Source: Nitrospirota bacterium (lineage in GTDB: Bacteria; Nitrospirota; UBA9217). From it: DNA of 64,000 nt. Position numbers and translations under genes: made by a program. The DNA is taken from the NCBI GenBank assembly GCA_963737155.1, contig CAVTRN010000002.1:1280001-1344000 (forward strand), given 5' to 3'. The notes below the pieces were generated by a model. That model was not told the DNA's origin and did not search any database. It was given only the letters and a program-made list of their open reading frames with translations. This document shows, piece by piece, positions 53,372 to 62,262 of this stretch; the first letter of the stretch is position 1; the number at the start of each line of letters is the position of its first letter.

Positions 53372-54328
53372 TTACTGCATTAACCACGATACCGGCACGA
53401 TCTCGAAGCCTTGGTTTCCCGCATCTGCGAGCCACTTGCGGAGTTCAATGATTGTATCAGGATGGGGATGGCCGATACCGATGGCCTTTCCATTTTTTCG
53501 GGCTATTTCGACAAGCTCATCGAGCTGTTTCCGGATGGATGCGGGATTGTCGAAGTCATTGTCTAAGAAAACATCACGTTTTCCGGATCTGAGGCCGAAC
53601 TCTTTTGCCGTGGCGTAGGCAACACTCTTCGCGCTGGTGAGACTATCGAGAAACATCAGGTTCCGCGCTTTGAGATCCGCCATCAGGAACTTCATGGCTT
53701 CTTTATTCTCCGTGAGCGCTGATCCTTCATGATTGTTGATGCCGACTGCACCGGGAACCGACTCGACATCGCTACTCACGGTATTCAAAAATTCCATGGG
53801 GGTCATGTTAGACCGAAGAATCCCGGGCGCCGGCTTCCCGTTCTTGCCCCGGTATTCCATGGGCACGTGGATCAAAACTTCATGACTGCTTTGTTCTGCC
53901 AGCTCCGCAACGTTCTTGGACTGGGCCAGCCCGGGCATGACGGAAAAAGTGATCTTGGCAGGCAGTGAAAGTATATTCCGTGCCTGTTTCACGTCCATGC
54001 CGAGATCGTCGATCACGATGGCGATTTGGACGGTCTTTGACGGCGAGGCGCTGCCTAAAAGTGTTGGGACTGGTTTGTGTTTTAGTAGTTCTCTTTTTGG
54101 CTGAGGCACAGATGGTTTTTCGGGAGACTTTTTGGCAAATGGAGCCATCTCCTGCTTCCTGACCTTCTGTGCCTGCTTCTTTTCCTCTAGGGGATGGAAC
54201 CTGTGCAAAGGTCTCCACAGTACAGCCATGATCAGTACGAGGGAAATCAGGATTCCAGCTATAAGCCAGTGGTCGAAATGGCTGCCTCCCCTTTTTTTCG
54301 CAGGGTGCTTCTTTGTTTTTTTTGCCAT
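53372..54328 (-). CDS. Divergent polysaccharide deacetylase (YibQ-like)
   Basis: IAIVIDDLG, HVPME, NNHEGS, FLDSLT, RDVFLDN, AIGIGHP; N-terminal TM. Confidence 0.9.
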   Translation of the reverse strand: MAKKTKKHPAKKRGGSHFDHWLIAGILISLVLIMAVLWRPLHRFHPLEEKKQAQKVRKQEMAPFAKKSPEKPSVPQPKRELLKHKPVPTLLGSASPSKTVQIAIVIDDLGMDVKQARNILSLPAKITFSVMPGLAQSKNVAELAEQSSHEVLIHVPMEYRGKNGKPAPGILRSNMTPMEFLNTVSSDVESVPGAVGINNHEGSALTENKEAMKFLMADLKARNLMFLDSLTSAKSVAYATAKEFGLRSGKRDVFLDNDFDNPASIRKQLDELVEIARKNGKAIGIGHPHPDTIIELRKWLADAGNQGFEIVPVSWLMQ

Positions 54329-54423
54329 GCAAACATTTTATACATTATTGTGACGAAAAAAACCAGTTTTTTTTACTATCACGGTGGAAACGGTCGTATT
54401 TTACCGCAAAAACTTTTTTTGAC

Positions 54424-54452
54424 TTGACTTAGTCAAATGCGGATTTTATACT
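54424..54452 (+). promoter_or_regulatory. Sigma70-type promoter with palindrome over -35
   Basis: TTGACT-17 nt-TATACT; TTGACT-T-AGTCAA is a perfect inverted repeat. Confidence 0.55.
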
Positions 54453-54501
54453 GCAACCATGCAATGCAACCGTATCATGCAGGGAAAGATTGGAGAACCC
54501 C

Positions 54502-55530
54502 ATGAGTTTTGAGTATATTCGTGAAATACCGCGGCCCGAAGAAATTATTGCCGCAATTCCGTTGTCGCCAGAACTGAATGCTGTCAAGAAGAAACAGGAT
54601 CGGGATATCCGGGGAATATTTAACAATGAGACGAGCAAGTTCGTCCTTATCATCGGGCCGTGCTCGGCCCATGACGAAGATGCTGTGTGCGATTATATTT
54701 CGCGGCTTGCCCAGGTCCAGAACGAGGTCAGGGATAAGATCGTTATTATCCCCCGGATATATACCAATAAACCTCGGACAACCGGCATTGGTTACAAGGG
54801 CATGGCTCATCAGCCGAACCCGCAGGAAGAGCCTAATATCGTCGAAGGCATCAAGGCCATCAGAAGAATGCACCTTCGGGCGCTCAAGGAATCCCATCTT
54901 CCAGCGGCCGATGAAATGCTTTATCCCGGAAACTACCCTTATCTTGAGGACGTGCTGAGCTACGTTGCTGTTGGCGCCCGCTCCGTGGAAAATCAGGCTC
55001 ATCGGCTGACCTGCAGTGGTCTCGACATCCCTGTAGGCATGAAAAACCCGATCTCAGGCGATATGGAAGTGACGCTCAATTCCATTCAGGCCGCACAAGC
55101 TCCCCATATTTTCAGCTACAATCGATGGGAAGTAAAGACACCGGGAAATCCCCTAACCCATGCCGTGCTTCGGGGGGCCGTAGACTATCATGGCCTCGCA
55201 GTTCCAAACTATCATTACGAGGATCTCGTCATCTTCGCTGAGTCGTACAAAAAGCGTGGTCTGACCAATCCCTCAATCATTGTGGACACGAACCATGCCA
55301 ATTCGAATAAAAAATTCGCTGAACAGCCCCGCATTGCAAAGGAAGTGATGCGGAGCCGTCAGCATTCTCTATTATTGAAAAGCATGATCAAGGGCTTCAT
55401 GATCGAGAGCTTCATAGAGGAAGGGTCGCAGAAGGTGATGGACAATGTGTATGGAAAATCCATTACCGATCCCTGCCTGGGCTGGAAGGATTCGGAGAAA
55501 CTGATTCGCGATCTGGCCGAGATGGTATAG
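54502..55530 (+). CDS. 3-deoxy-7-phosphoheptulonate (DAHP) synthase, class I-alpha
   Basis: IGPCSA, KPRTTG.GYKG, GARS, GMKNP, LRG, HANS, KSITDPCLGW. Confidence 0.93.
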   Translation: MSFEYIREIPRPEEIIAAIPLSPELNAVKKKQDRDIRGIFNNETSKFVLIIGPCSAHDEDAVCDYISRLAQVQNEVRDKIVIIPRIYTNKPRTTGIGYKGMAHQPNPQEEPNIVEGIKAIRRMHLRALKESHLPAADEMLYPGNYPYLEDVLSYVAVGARSVENQAHRLTCSGLDIPVGMKNPISGDMEVTLNSIQAAQAPHIFSYNRWEVKTPGNPLTHAVLRGAVDYHGLAVPNYHYEDLVIFAESYKKRGLTNPSIIVDTNHANSNKKFAEQPRIAKEVMRSRQHSLLLKSMIKGFMIESFIEEGSQKVMDNVYGKSITDPCLGWKDSEKLIRDLAEMV

Positions 55531-55577
55531 GTTAGAAAATACAACACTAAGCGCCGAGTTTTATCACCCATGGTTTT

Positions 55578-56543
55578 AAAAAACCGTCTCTTCACGGGGG
55601 GCTAAGGCGCGGGTCGCGAAACAACCAGAAAAGTATCGTTCTAATGCGATGTGGATAAATGTCTGCCTCCCTGATATACTGAGGGAACTGTCTGGCCGAA
55701 GACAATATCTATACACGGCGTCAAATATAATTGCTCATAAACTTCCATTTTTGGCTTGATATCTGTTATTTTGCAATAAGGACATGCGCAACTATTTATG
55801 ACGCTGAGTATAGATAGCCAGACTGGTCTATCACCATGACGAGTGGTATGTCCATCTCGTCTATGCAATTCCCAGAAAGCATCCAGTCTTAACCAAAAAC
55901 GGTCTCGTCAACGTTCCCACCTGTTTCACGGCTTAACCAAAGCTCTTGTCAGCGATGTGCGGCGTCTCCACGATCATCGTGGGGGAACTCAATGGCATTA
56001 GAGATGGCAAGGGATGGGGGAACAGAGAATCAGAAAAATCACAAATGGCCTTTGACCTGATCATCAAAATGCTCACGCGCAAAGACAGCTTAAAGGTGTC
56101 CGCGCTGTGAAAATAGACGGAGCTACACGAGCCAAACCTGTTGTATTGTCATGCAAAGCGAAAATCCAATCGTGATCATGGTGGTCTCTACGTTTTGCAA
56201 CCAATGCGTCGCCGTAATAAATGCTGACGTAAACGGGGTAATCAACATCCTGAAAAGGTGCCTTTCTCCGTTTGTTCAAAAGAAGCGGGGCCAATATGTA
56301 TTTGGAGCCACCCTCCTGGTATCTTCTAGGGCAAATAAATGTCTCCTGGAGTAATGGTTGCTTGGCACAGCCCGCGGTCAGCCGGTTTGTCTGGAGAAAT
56401 ATACCAGGTTAGTGACATCAGCTCATAAGCGGGGGACGTGGCAAACATCTTTGCCGCATCTGCGAACAGAATCTATAGTGGCTTGGAGCAGTTGCAGCGA
56501 CTGATTCGGGAATCCCCGGCCTTCAGGCCGGGGAGGATGTCAA
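55578..56543 (+). mobile_element. Decayed IS200/IS605-family (tnpB) element, copy C (longest)
   Basis: Left-end motif; frameshifted TnpB pieces (WYVHLV, HLFHGLTKALV, IIVGELNGIR, YTSQTCC, INADVNG..NI); right end gaatccccggccttcaggccggggaggatgtcaa. Confidence 0.88.
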
Positions 56544-56620
56544 GATAATATTGTAACCATGTTAATAGGGTAACCACTTAAATCATCATCGCAGTTGATA
56601 AATAGCACGGGAGGTTGGCC

Positions 56621-57016
56621 ATGAAATGGAAAAAGTATCTTCTGACAGCGTTGTTGCTAATCGTATCTGGCCTGCTGGTATTATCAGCAGTGGCAGAGGA
56701 ACGACAAGCAACAGCGGTAGAGAAATCCCAGCAGAAGGAGCAGTACGAAAAGAGCATGGAAGAACGGCTCAGGAAGCTCGGGAAACAGTTAGATGAACTA
56801 AAATCCAAAGCTGCAACCATGGCAGAACGAATGAAAAAAGACACGAAGGAGGATCTGAATGCTGCTGAAAAAAAGAGGAAGATTGCTTCGCAAAAGCTGG
56901 AACAAATGAGAAACGAAACTGAAGAGAAATGGAAGAAATTTTCGAAGAAAATGAACGAAGCGGTATATGACTTCGAAAAGGCCTATAAAAAGGCGAAATC
57001 CCACTTTAAAGAGTAG
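56621..57016 (+). CDS. Secreted coiled-coil protein (sll1863-like stress family)
   Basis: Signal peptide; KEQY...L..L...L.K...W.....AY..AKS.F pattern; GGAGG RBS. Confidence 0.7.
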   Translation: MKWKKYLLTALLLIVSGLLVLSAVAEERQATAVEKSQQKEQYEKSMEERLRKLGKQLDELKSKAATMAERMKKDTKEDLNAAEKKRKIASQKLEQMRNETEEKWKKFSKKMNEAVYDFEKAYKKAKSHFKE

Positions 57017-57194
57017 GCATCCAAAGATGTCTTCATGAAAAAAGTTGTCATTCCCGTCTACCAGAAAAGCGCAAAAGAATGAGAAAGCGCGGACTGAGAA
57101 AATCATCAACATTTCCGTCCGGAATCAGCGCGTTTCAGGGAATGCTCTTGGTAAACGTGGGTTTGAAACTGAGATGAAGAAGGATAGTTTCTAT

Positions 57195-57362
57195 ATACCA
57201 GCGGGTTCTGCGCGTGGATATCAATTTATTTTAACTTGCAATTCCCTGTAGCTTGCTACAGGGAATTGCATAGAGGGAAGAGTTTGAGAAACTGCAGGTT
57301 TCTCAAAAGATAATCGTCTTCCTTTTTATAGATACCCCGCAGCTTGCTGCGGGGAGGTTCAA
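57195..57362. repeat. Cluster of REP-like hairpins related to the IS200 ends
   Basis: tgcaattccctgtagc-tt-gctacagggaattgca (57237-57270), tttgagaaac..gtttctcaaa, ccccgcagc-tt-gctgcgggg-aggttcaa (57335-57362). Confidence 0.8.
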
Positions 57363-57368
57363 TAGAAC

Positions 57369-58664
57369 TTATCGTTCTCTTCCTCTTCCGCGGGTGGGAA
57401 TAGAATTTGGCTTTCTCTCTTTTGCTTTTTGAGACAGCCCATCTTCGGGTAATTCCGTTCCCTTTGCTATCACTACAATGCCCGACGGTGTCACATGATA
57501 GTGCTTCCTGTCTGTCTCGACATTATAGCCGATTTCGGTTTCCGGGGGAATGATCACATCCTTGTCGATGATCGCATTTCGAATGCGGCTGTGCCTGCCG
57601 ATATCGACATTCTCCAAAAGAATTGAATCGTGGACTTCGCTGTAGCTGTTAACGCGCACATTGGGTGACAGCACCGAATTCTGAACCCGGCCGCCGCTGA
57701 TGATGCAGCCGTGCGAGACAATAGAGTCTAGGGCAAGGCCGAGTCTTCCGCCTCTCTTTTCTTGGGCGAACACAAACTTGGCTGGAGGGTTCTGCGCCTG
57801 ATAGGTGCGAATAGGCCAGGCCTTGTCATACAGGTTCAGCAACGGGTCCACGCTCACCAGGTCCCTGTTCGCTTCCCAATAGGCATCGATGGTCCCTACG
57901 TCGCGCCAGTACTTTGCTTCTTTCTTGTTCTCGTCTTTGAAATTGTAAGCGCAAACCCGGGAAGTCTTCATCATCTGCGGAATGATGTTTTTGCCGAAAT
58001 CATGGGCCGTGTCCTGAAGGGCATCCGATTGCAGATATGCGATCACGGTTTTGGTATTGAAGAGATAAATGCCCATGGATGCAAAAACCAGGTTCGGCTG
58101 GCCCGGAATATGCTTGGGATTCCGTGGTTTTTCCTCGAACCCCACAATCCGACAGCCATCCTTTCGATCAACCTCGATAACGCCAAAGGCAGCTGCGCTT
58201 TTTTTCGGGATTTCAATCGCGGCAACAGTCGCATCCGCTTTCTGCTCCTGGTGGAATCTGTACATTTCGGAATAATCCATCTTATAAATATGGTCGCCGG
58301 CTAGCACGAGTAAATGATCGGGAGCGTCCTTCTCGATCATATAGATGTTCTGATAGATAGCATCGGCCGTTCCCTGGTACCACTTGTCGCTCACACGCTG
58401 CTGGGGCGGAACGGAAATGATGTACTCATCCAATTCTCCCGAAAAAAGATTCCATGCTAGCCGCAAGTGCTTGTCCAGAGACAGAGACTTGTACTGAGGC
58501 AGAACGGCAATTTTGCGAATCCCGGAATTGATGCAGTTTGATAACGTAAAATCGATGATCCGGTAGATCCCGCCAAAAGGGACTGCAGGTTTTGCTCGGT
58601 GGATGGTGAGGGGATGCAGCCGTTCTCCCTTGCCGCCTGCAAGTATCATTGCAAGAATACCCAT
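57369..58664 (-). CDS. glgC: Glucose-1-phosphate adenylyltransferase
   Basis: LAGGKGERL.PLT..RAKPAVPFGG.YR, WYQGTADA, GDHIYKMDY, DFGK, YWRDVGT. Confidence 0.96.
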   Translation of the reverse strand: MGILAMILAGGKGERLHPLTIHRAKPAVPFGGIYRIIDFTLSNCINSGIRKIAVLPQYKSLSLDKHLRLAWNLFSGELDEYIISVPPQQRVSDKWYQGTADAIYQNIYMIEKDAPDHLLVLAGDHIYKMDYSEMYRFHQEQKADATVAAIEIPKKSAAAFGVIEVDRKDGCRIVGFEEKPRNPKHIPGQPNLVFASMGIYLFNTKTVIAYLQSDALQDTAHDFGKNIIPQMMKTSRVCAYNFKDENKKEAKYWRDVGTIDAYWEANRDLVSVDPLLNLYDKAWPIRTYQAQNPPAKFVFAQEKRGGRLGLALDSIVSHGCIISGGRVQNSVLSPNVRVNSYSEVHDSILLENVDIGRHSRIRNAIIDKDVIIPPETEIGYNVETDRKHYHVTPSGIVVIAKGTELPEDGLSQKAKERKPNSIPTRGRGRER

Positions 58665-59055
58665 GGATAATCGTTCTCCTGTAAACAGTAATTACAAGTA
58701 AAATAATAGCAGGAGGCAGCGCCAGTGTCAATCAAGGGGGGTAGGCATTTCATAACTCTCCTGCTCCTATCCCTGGCGGATGCGTACGAATGGAAAATCG
58801 CAATTTTCGCATGAAATTTATTTATAGTATTTATGAATCATTCAGGTACGGGGTTGGCTAAAGAAAAGTCTTACGTTCCGGTCTCCGATGTAGTATATAT
58901 GTCATAATCTACGAATCTATCAGGTATCGAGGTTGAACGTTTGCTGCGATTTAAAAATCGAATTTTCTCCGCAGAGGCTTGGCCTGCTATCATGATGACG
59001 TATGTCTTATGGCAGACCCATAAATGGCCTATTGTGTATTTATTAGTATTTAGAC

Positions 59056-59084
59056 TTGATTTTTTATTTGATGGTTGTTAAAAT
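59056..59084 (+). promoter_or_regulatory. Sigma70-type promoter of the nuoE-like operon
   Basis: TTGATT-17 nt-TAAAAT. Confidence 0.45.
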
Positions 59085-59209
59085 ACATCTCCTTCAATTT
59101 CTATAAAATTGGGTTTTTTCTCATAGTTACAAAAAGCAACCCCATGCAATTTTGCATAACGCGAAAGTACTATGCCTTATGTATCTAATTATTAAGGGAG
59201 GTCGCAAAC

Positions 59210-59698
59210 GTGCTCCAGCAGGAAGATTTAAAAAAGGTTGAGACAGTTCTTGATGATGCTGCCGGACAGCGAGGCATTCTCATCGCCGTACTCCAGAGAG
59301 TCCAGGAAAAGATTGGCTACTTGCCAGAAGAAGCCATGGAAATGATTGCCGAAAGGCTGAATTTGTCCCTGAACAACGTGTATGGTGTCGCATCATTCTA
59401 CAAGCATTTCCATTTTAAACCGCGGGGCAAAAATGTGGTCAAGGTCTGCATGGGCACGGCATGCCATGTGAGAGGAGCAAGGGCGGTGCTAACCGAAATG
59501 GAGAACAAACTCGGGATCAAGGAGGGCGAGACCACGAAGGATCTTGCAGTCACGCTCGAGACTGTGGGATGCGTCGGGTGCTGCGCCCTGGCACCAGTAG
59601 CTACGGTGAACGATCAGGACCTTTACGGCGAACTCACCGCGAAGATGGTGGATGACATTGTAGTAATGGCGAGGAGCGAACATGGATCTCACGTTTAA
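59210..59698 (+). CDS. NuoE/HydC-like [2Fe-2S] subunit
   Basis: GYLP, VASFY, VCMGTACHVRG, CVGCCALAP. Confidence 0.92.
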   Translation: MLQQEDLKKVETVLDDAAGQRGILIAVLQRVQEKIGYLPEEAMEMIAERLNLSLNNVYGVASFYKHFHFKPRGKNVVKVCMGTACHVRGARAVLTEMENKLGIKEGETTKDLAVTLETVGCVGCCALAPVATVNDQDLYGELTAKMVDDIVVMARSEHGSHV

Positions 59699-61580
59699 GA
59701 GAATAGAGAATGTCAGCGAGTTGGCTGCCCTTCGTGCAAAGCTGCAGCAGGAGCGAAAGGATGCCGATGTTCACCGCGTGCGTGTCTGCTGCGGGACGGC
59801 ATGCCATGCTTCGGGATCGAACAAGCTGATCAAAAAGTTCGAGGAAGAGGCCGCCCAGAAGCAGGTTAGTCTGGAGATCGTCAAGACCGGATGCCAGGGG
59901 TTCTGCCAGCGAGGTCCGGTTGTGATTCAGGAACCTCAAGAGACCTTTTATCAGAAGGTTAAAATTGGCGATATCCCCGGCCTGTTCTCCGATTCGGTGC
60001 TTCACAATGTGCCCTATCGGAAGCAGCTGTACAGGGAATTCCCGCTTGACGAGCCGAATGTCGCGATGCAAGACATCCCGTTCTACAAAAAACAGAAGCG
60101 CCTAGCGCTTCATCGGAACGGGATAGTCGATCCGTGTAATATTTATGATGCTATACGCGAAGACGGCTATGCGGGCCTGGCCAAGGTTATCGCCGAGATG
60201 AACCCCGACGAAGTCATCGACATCGTCAAGAAGTCCGGTCTTCGCGGCCGCGGCGGCGCAGGCTTTCCCGCGGGACTCAAATGGGAACATACAAAAAAAT
60301 CGGACGCGAAAGTCAAAGCAGTCGTGTGTAATGGTGACGAGGGCGATCCGGGTGCGTTCATGGATCGCTCGCTCATGGAAGGCGATCCTCATTCAGTCAT
60401 TGAAGGGATGCTCATTAATGCCTACGCCATCGGCGCGCAGCATGGATATATTTATGTGCGCCATGAGTATCCTCTTGCCGTTAAGAACCTCGGCATTGCC
60501 ATAAAGCAGGCAGAGGCGCTTGGGTTGCTAGGAAGGAACATCCTCGGGAGCAACCTCGAATTCACTATGGAAATCAAGGAAGGCGCCGGTGCTTTCGTAT
60601 GTGGCGAGTCGACGGCGCTGGTGGCGTCGATCGAGGGGGAACGCGGCATGCCGCGTCCACGACCGCCGCGGCTCTCAGTAGCGGCCGGCGGTCTCTGGGG
60701 CATGCCCACGAACCTAAACAATGTCGAGACCTTTGCCAACGTGCCCACCATCATCACTAAGGGGCTGGATTACTATACGTCGATCGGGACCGAGAAATCG
60801 AAGGGCACGAAGGTGTTCGCCCTGACCGGCAAGATCAAAAATACTGGTCTCATCGAAGTACCGATGGGCATCACGCTCAGAGAAATTATTTTTGACATCG
60901 GCGGTGGCATGCTGAACCCGGACAAACAGTTCAAGGCCGTCCAGACCGGAGGTCCTTCCGGAGGATGCATTCCCGCTCAGTTCCTTGATATGCCCGCAGA
61001 CTTCGATACCCTCGCCAATGTGGGCTCGATCATGGGTTCCGGTGGCATGGTGGTCCTCGATGAAGATGACTGTATGGTGGATGTGGCGAAATATTTCCTG
61101 TCCTTTACCAAGAGTGAGTCATGCGGCAAGTGCCCGCCCTGCCGTGTCGGCACTTGGCAGATGTACGAGATTCTGGATAAAATTACCAAAGGGCAGGGAG
61201 AGTCGGGGGATATCGATCGGCTCGAACAGATGGGCAAGCTGGTTGTCGCCGGTTCGCTCTGCGGACTCGGCAACAGCGCCCCCAACCCCGTTCTTTCGAC
61301 AATCAAATATTTCCGCGAGGAATATGAAGAGCACGTGATTGACAAATACTGTCGCGCGAAGCGCTGCCAGGGTCTAGGGACGTTTCGCATCCGGCCTGAA
61401 CATTGCATCCTTTGCGGTCTGTGCAAACAAGCATGCGCATTCGATTCCGTGATTGAACTCAAGGACAAATTCTATATCGACCAGGATTACTGCACCAAGT
61501 GTAAGGCCTGCTACAGTGTCTGCCCCACGCAGGCAATTGTGATCGAAAAGGGAGGGGCCTATGTCTCAACAGGAAAATAA
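59682..61580 (+). CDS. NuoF/HydB-like FMN/NAD(P)H-binding subunit with N-terminal 2Fe-2S and C-terminal 2x[4Fe-4S]
   Basis: GLRGRGGAGFP, NGDEGDPGAFMDR, ESCGKCPPCR, CILCGLC / CTKCKAC. Confidence 0.93.
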   Translation: MDLTFKRIENVSELAALRAKLQQERKDADVHRVRVCCGTACHASGSNKLIKKFEEEAAQKQVSLEIVKTGCQGFCQRGPVVIQEPQETFYQKVKIGDIPGLFSDSVLHNVPYRKQLYREFPLDEPNVAMQDIPFYKKQKRLALHRNGIVDPCNIYDAIREDGYAGLAKVIAEMNPDEVIDIVKKSGLRGRGGAGFPAGLKWEHTKKSDAKVKAVVCNGDEGDPGAFMDRSLMEGDPHSVIEGMLINAYAIGAQHGYIYVRHEYPLAVKNLGIAIKQAEALGLLGRNILGSNLEFTMEIKEGAGAFVCGESTALVASIEGERGMPRPRPPRLSVAAGGLWGMPTNLNNVETFANVPTIITKGLDYYTSIGTEKSKGTKVFALTGKIKNTGLIEVPMGITLREIIFDIGGGMLNPDKQFKAVQTGGPSGGCIPAQFLDMPADFDTLANVGSIMGSGGMVVLDEDDCMVDVAKYFLSFTKSESCGKCPPCRVGTWQMYEILDKITKGQGESGDIDRLEQMGKLVVAGSLCGLGNSAPNPVLSTIKYFREEYEEHVIDKYCRAKRCQGLGTFRIRPEHCILCGLCKQACAFDSVIELKDKFYIDQDYCTKCKACYSVCPTQAIVIEKGGAYVSTGK

Positions 61581-62166
61581 ATGCCCGTTGGCGGCCACGA
61601 AAAATAAACTCGAAAAATTCTACAATGACGACTCGAAGGACGGCATGTGTTCCAAATGCCATCCCTGCAAGCTCGGGATTTATGACGCTATCAAAATTTT
61701 TGAATTGATACAGGCGGGCAAAGGCGCCGAGAAACACATTGCCCAGCTTCAGCGGATTGCCGTGGATGTTAAGGACGGCGGCATGTGCAAGAAAGGCAAG
61801 GATCATGCGGATATTCTCGGCATCTTTCTAAAGGATCATTCTGAGGATCTTAATCGCCACATCAAGGGCGTGTGCTTAAGCTTGGAGTGCAAATATCTTG
61901 TCCGCTACGAGATCAATCCTGATACATGCACGATGTGCGACAAGTGCCGTGAGGTCTGTAAGGACTTCGCAATCGAAGGCATGAAAGCAGTGCAGTACAA
62001 GGGCGGGTATACGCCCTACCGCATCCGGCAGAAGCGTTGCACCCATTGCGGGGAATGCATTAAGGTCTGCCCTGAAGGGGCTGTTTTCGTATCCGAAGTC
62101 GCGCTCGCGGTTGAGAAAGAGCACGCTAGCCCGGAACGCCATGCAGTCGGGACATGCCCGATATAA
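61561..62166 (+). CDS. Stand-alone NuoF C-terminal Fe-S domain + 2x[4Fe-4S] ferredoxin
   Basis: MCSKCHPCKLG...MCKKG...CLSLEC; CTMCDKC; CTHCGEC..VCP. Confidence 0.82.
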   Translation: MSQQENKCPLAATKNKLEKFYNDDSKDGMCSKCHPCKLGIYDAIKIFELIQAGKGAEKHIAQLQRIAVDVKDGGMCKKGKDHADILGIFLKDHSEDLNRHIKGVCLSLECKYLVRYEINPDTCTMCDKCREVCKDFAIEGMKAVQYKGGYTPYRIRQKRCTHCGECIKVCPEGAVFVSEVALAVEKEHASPERHAVGTCPI

Positions 62167-62262
62167 TAAATCACCCACACAAAAACCGCAGAGGCGGGTA
62201 CTAACAGACTGTGCATCTTTATGTTGTCGACATCCAAAGTTACGGATAATCCGGAGGATAAT

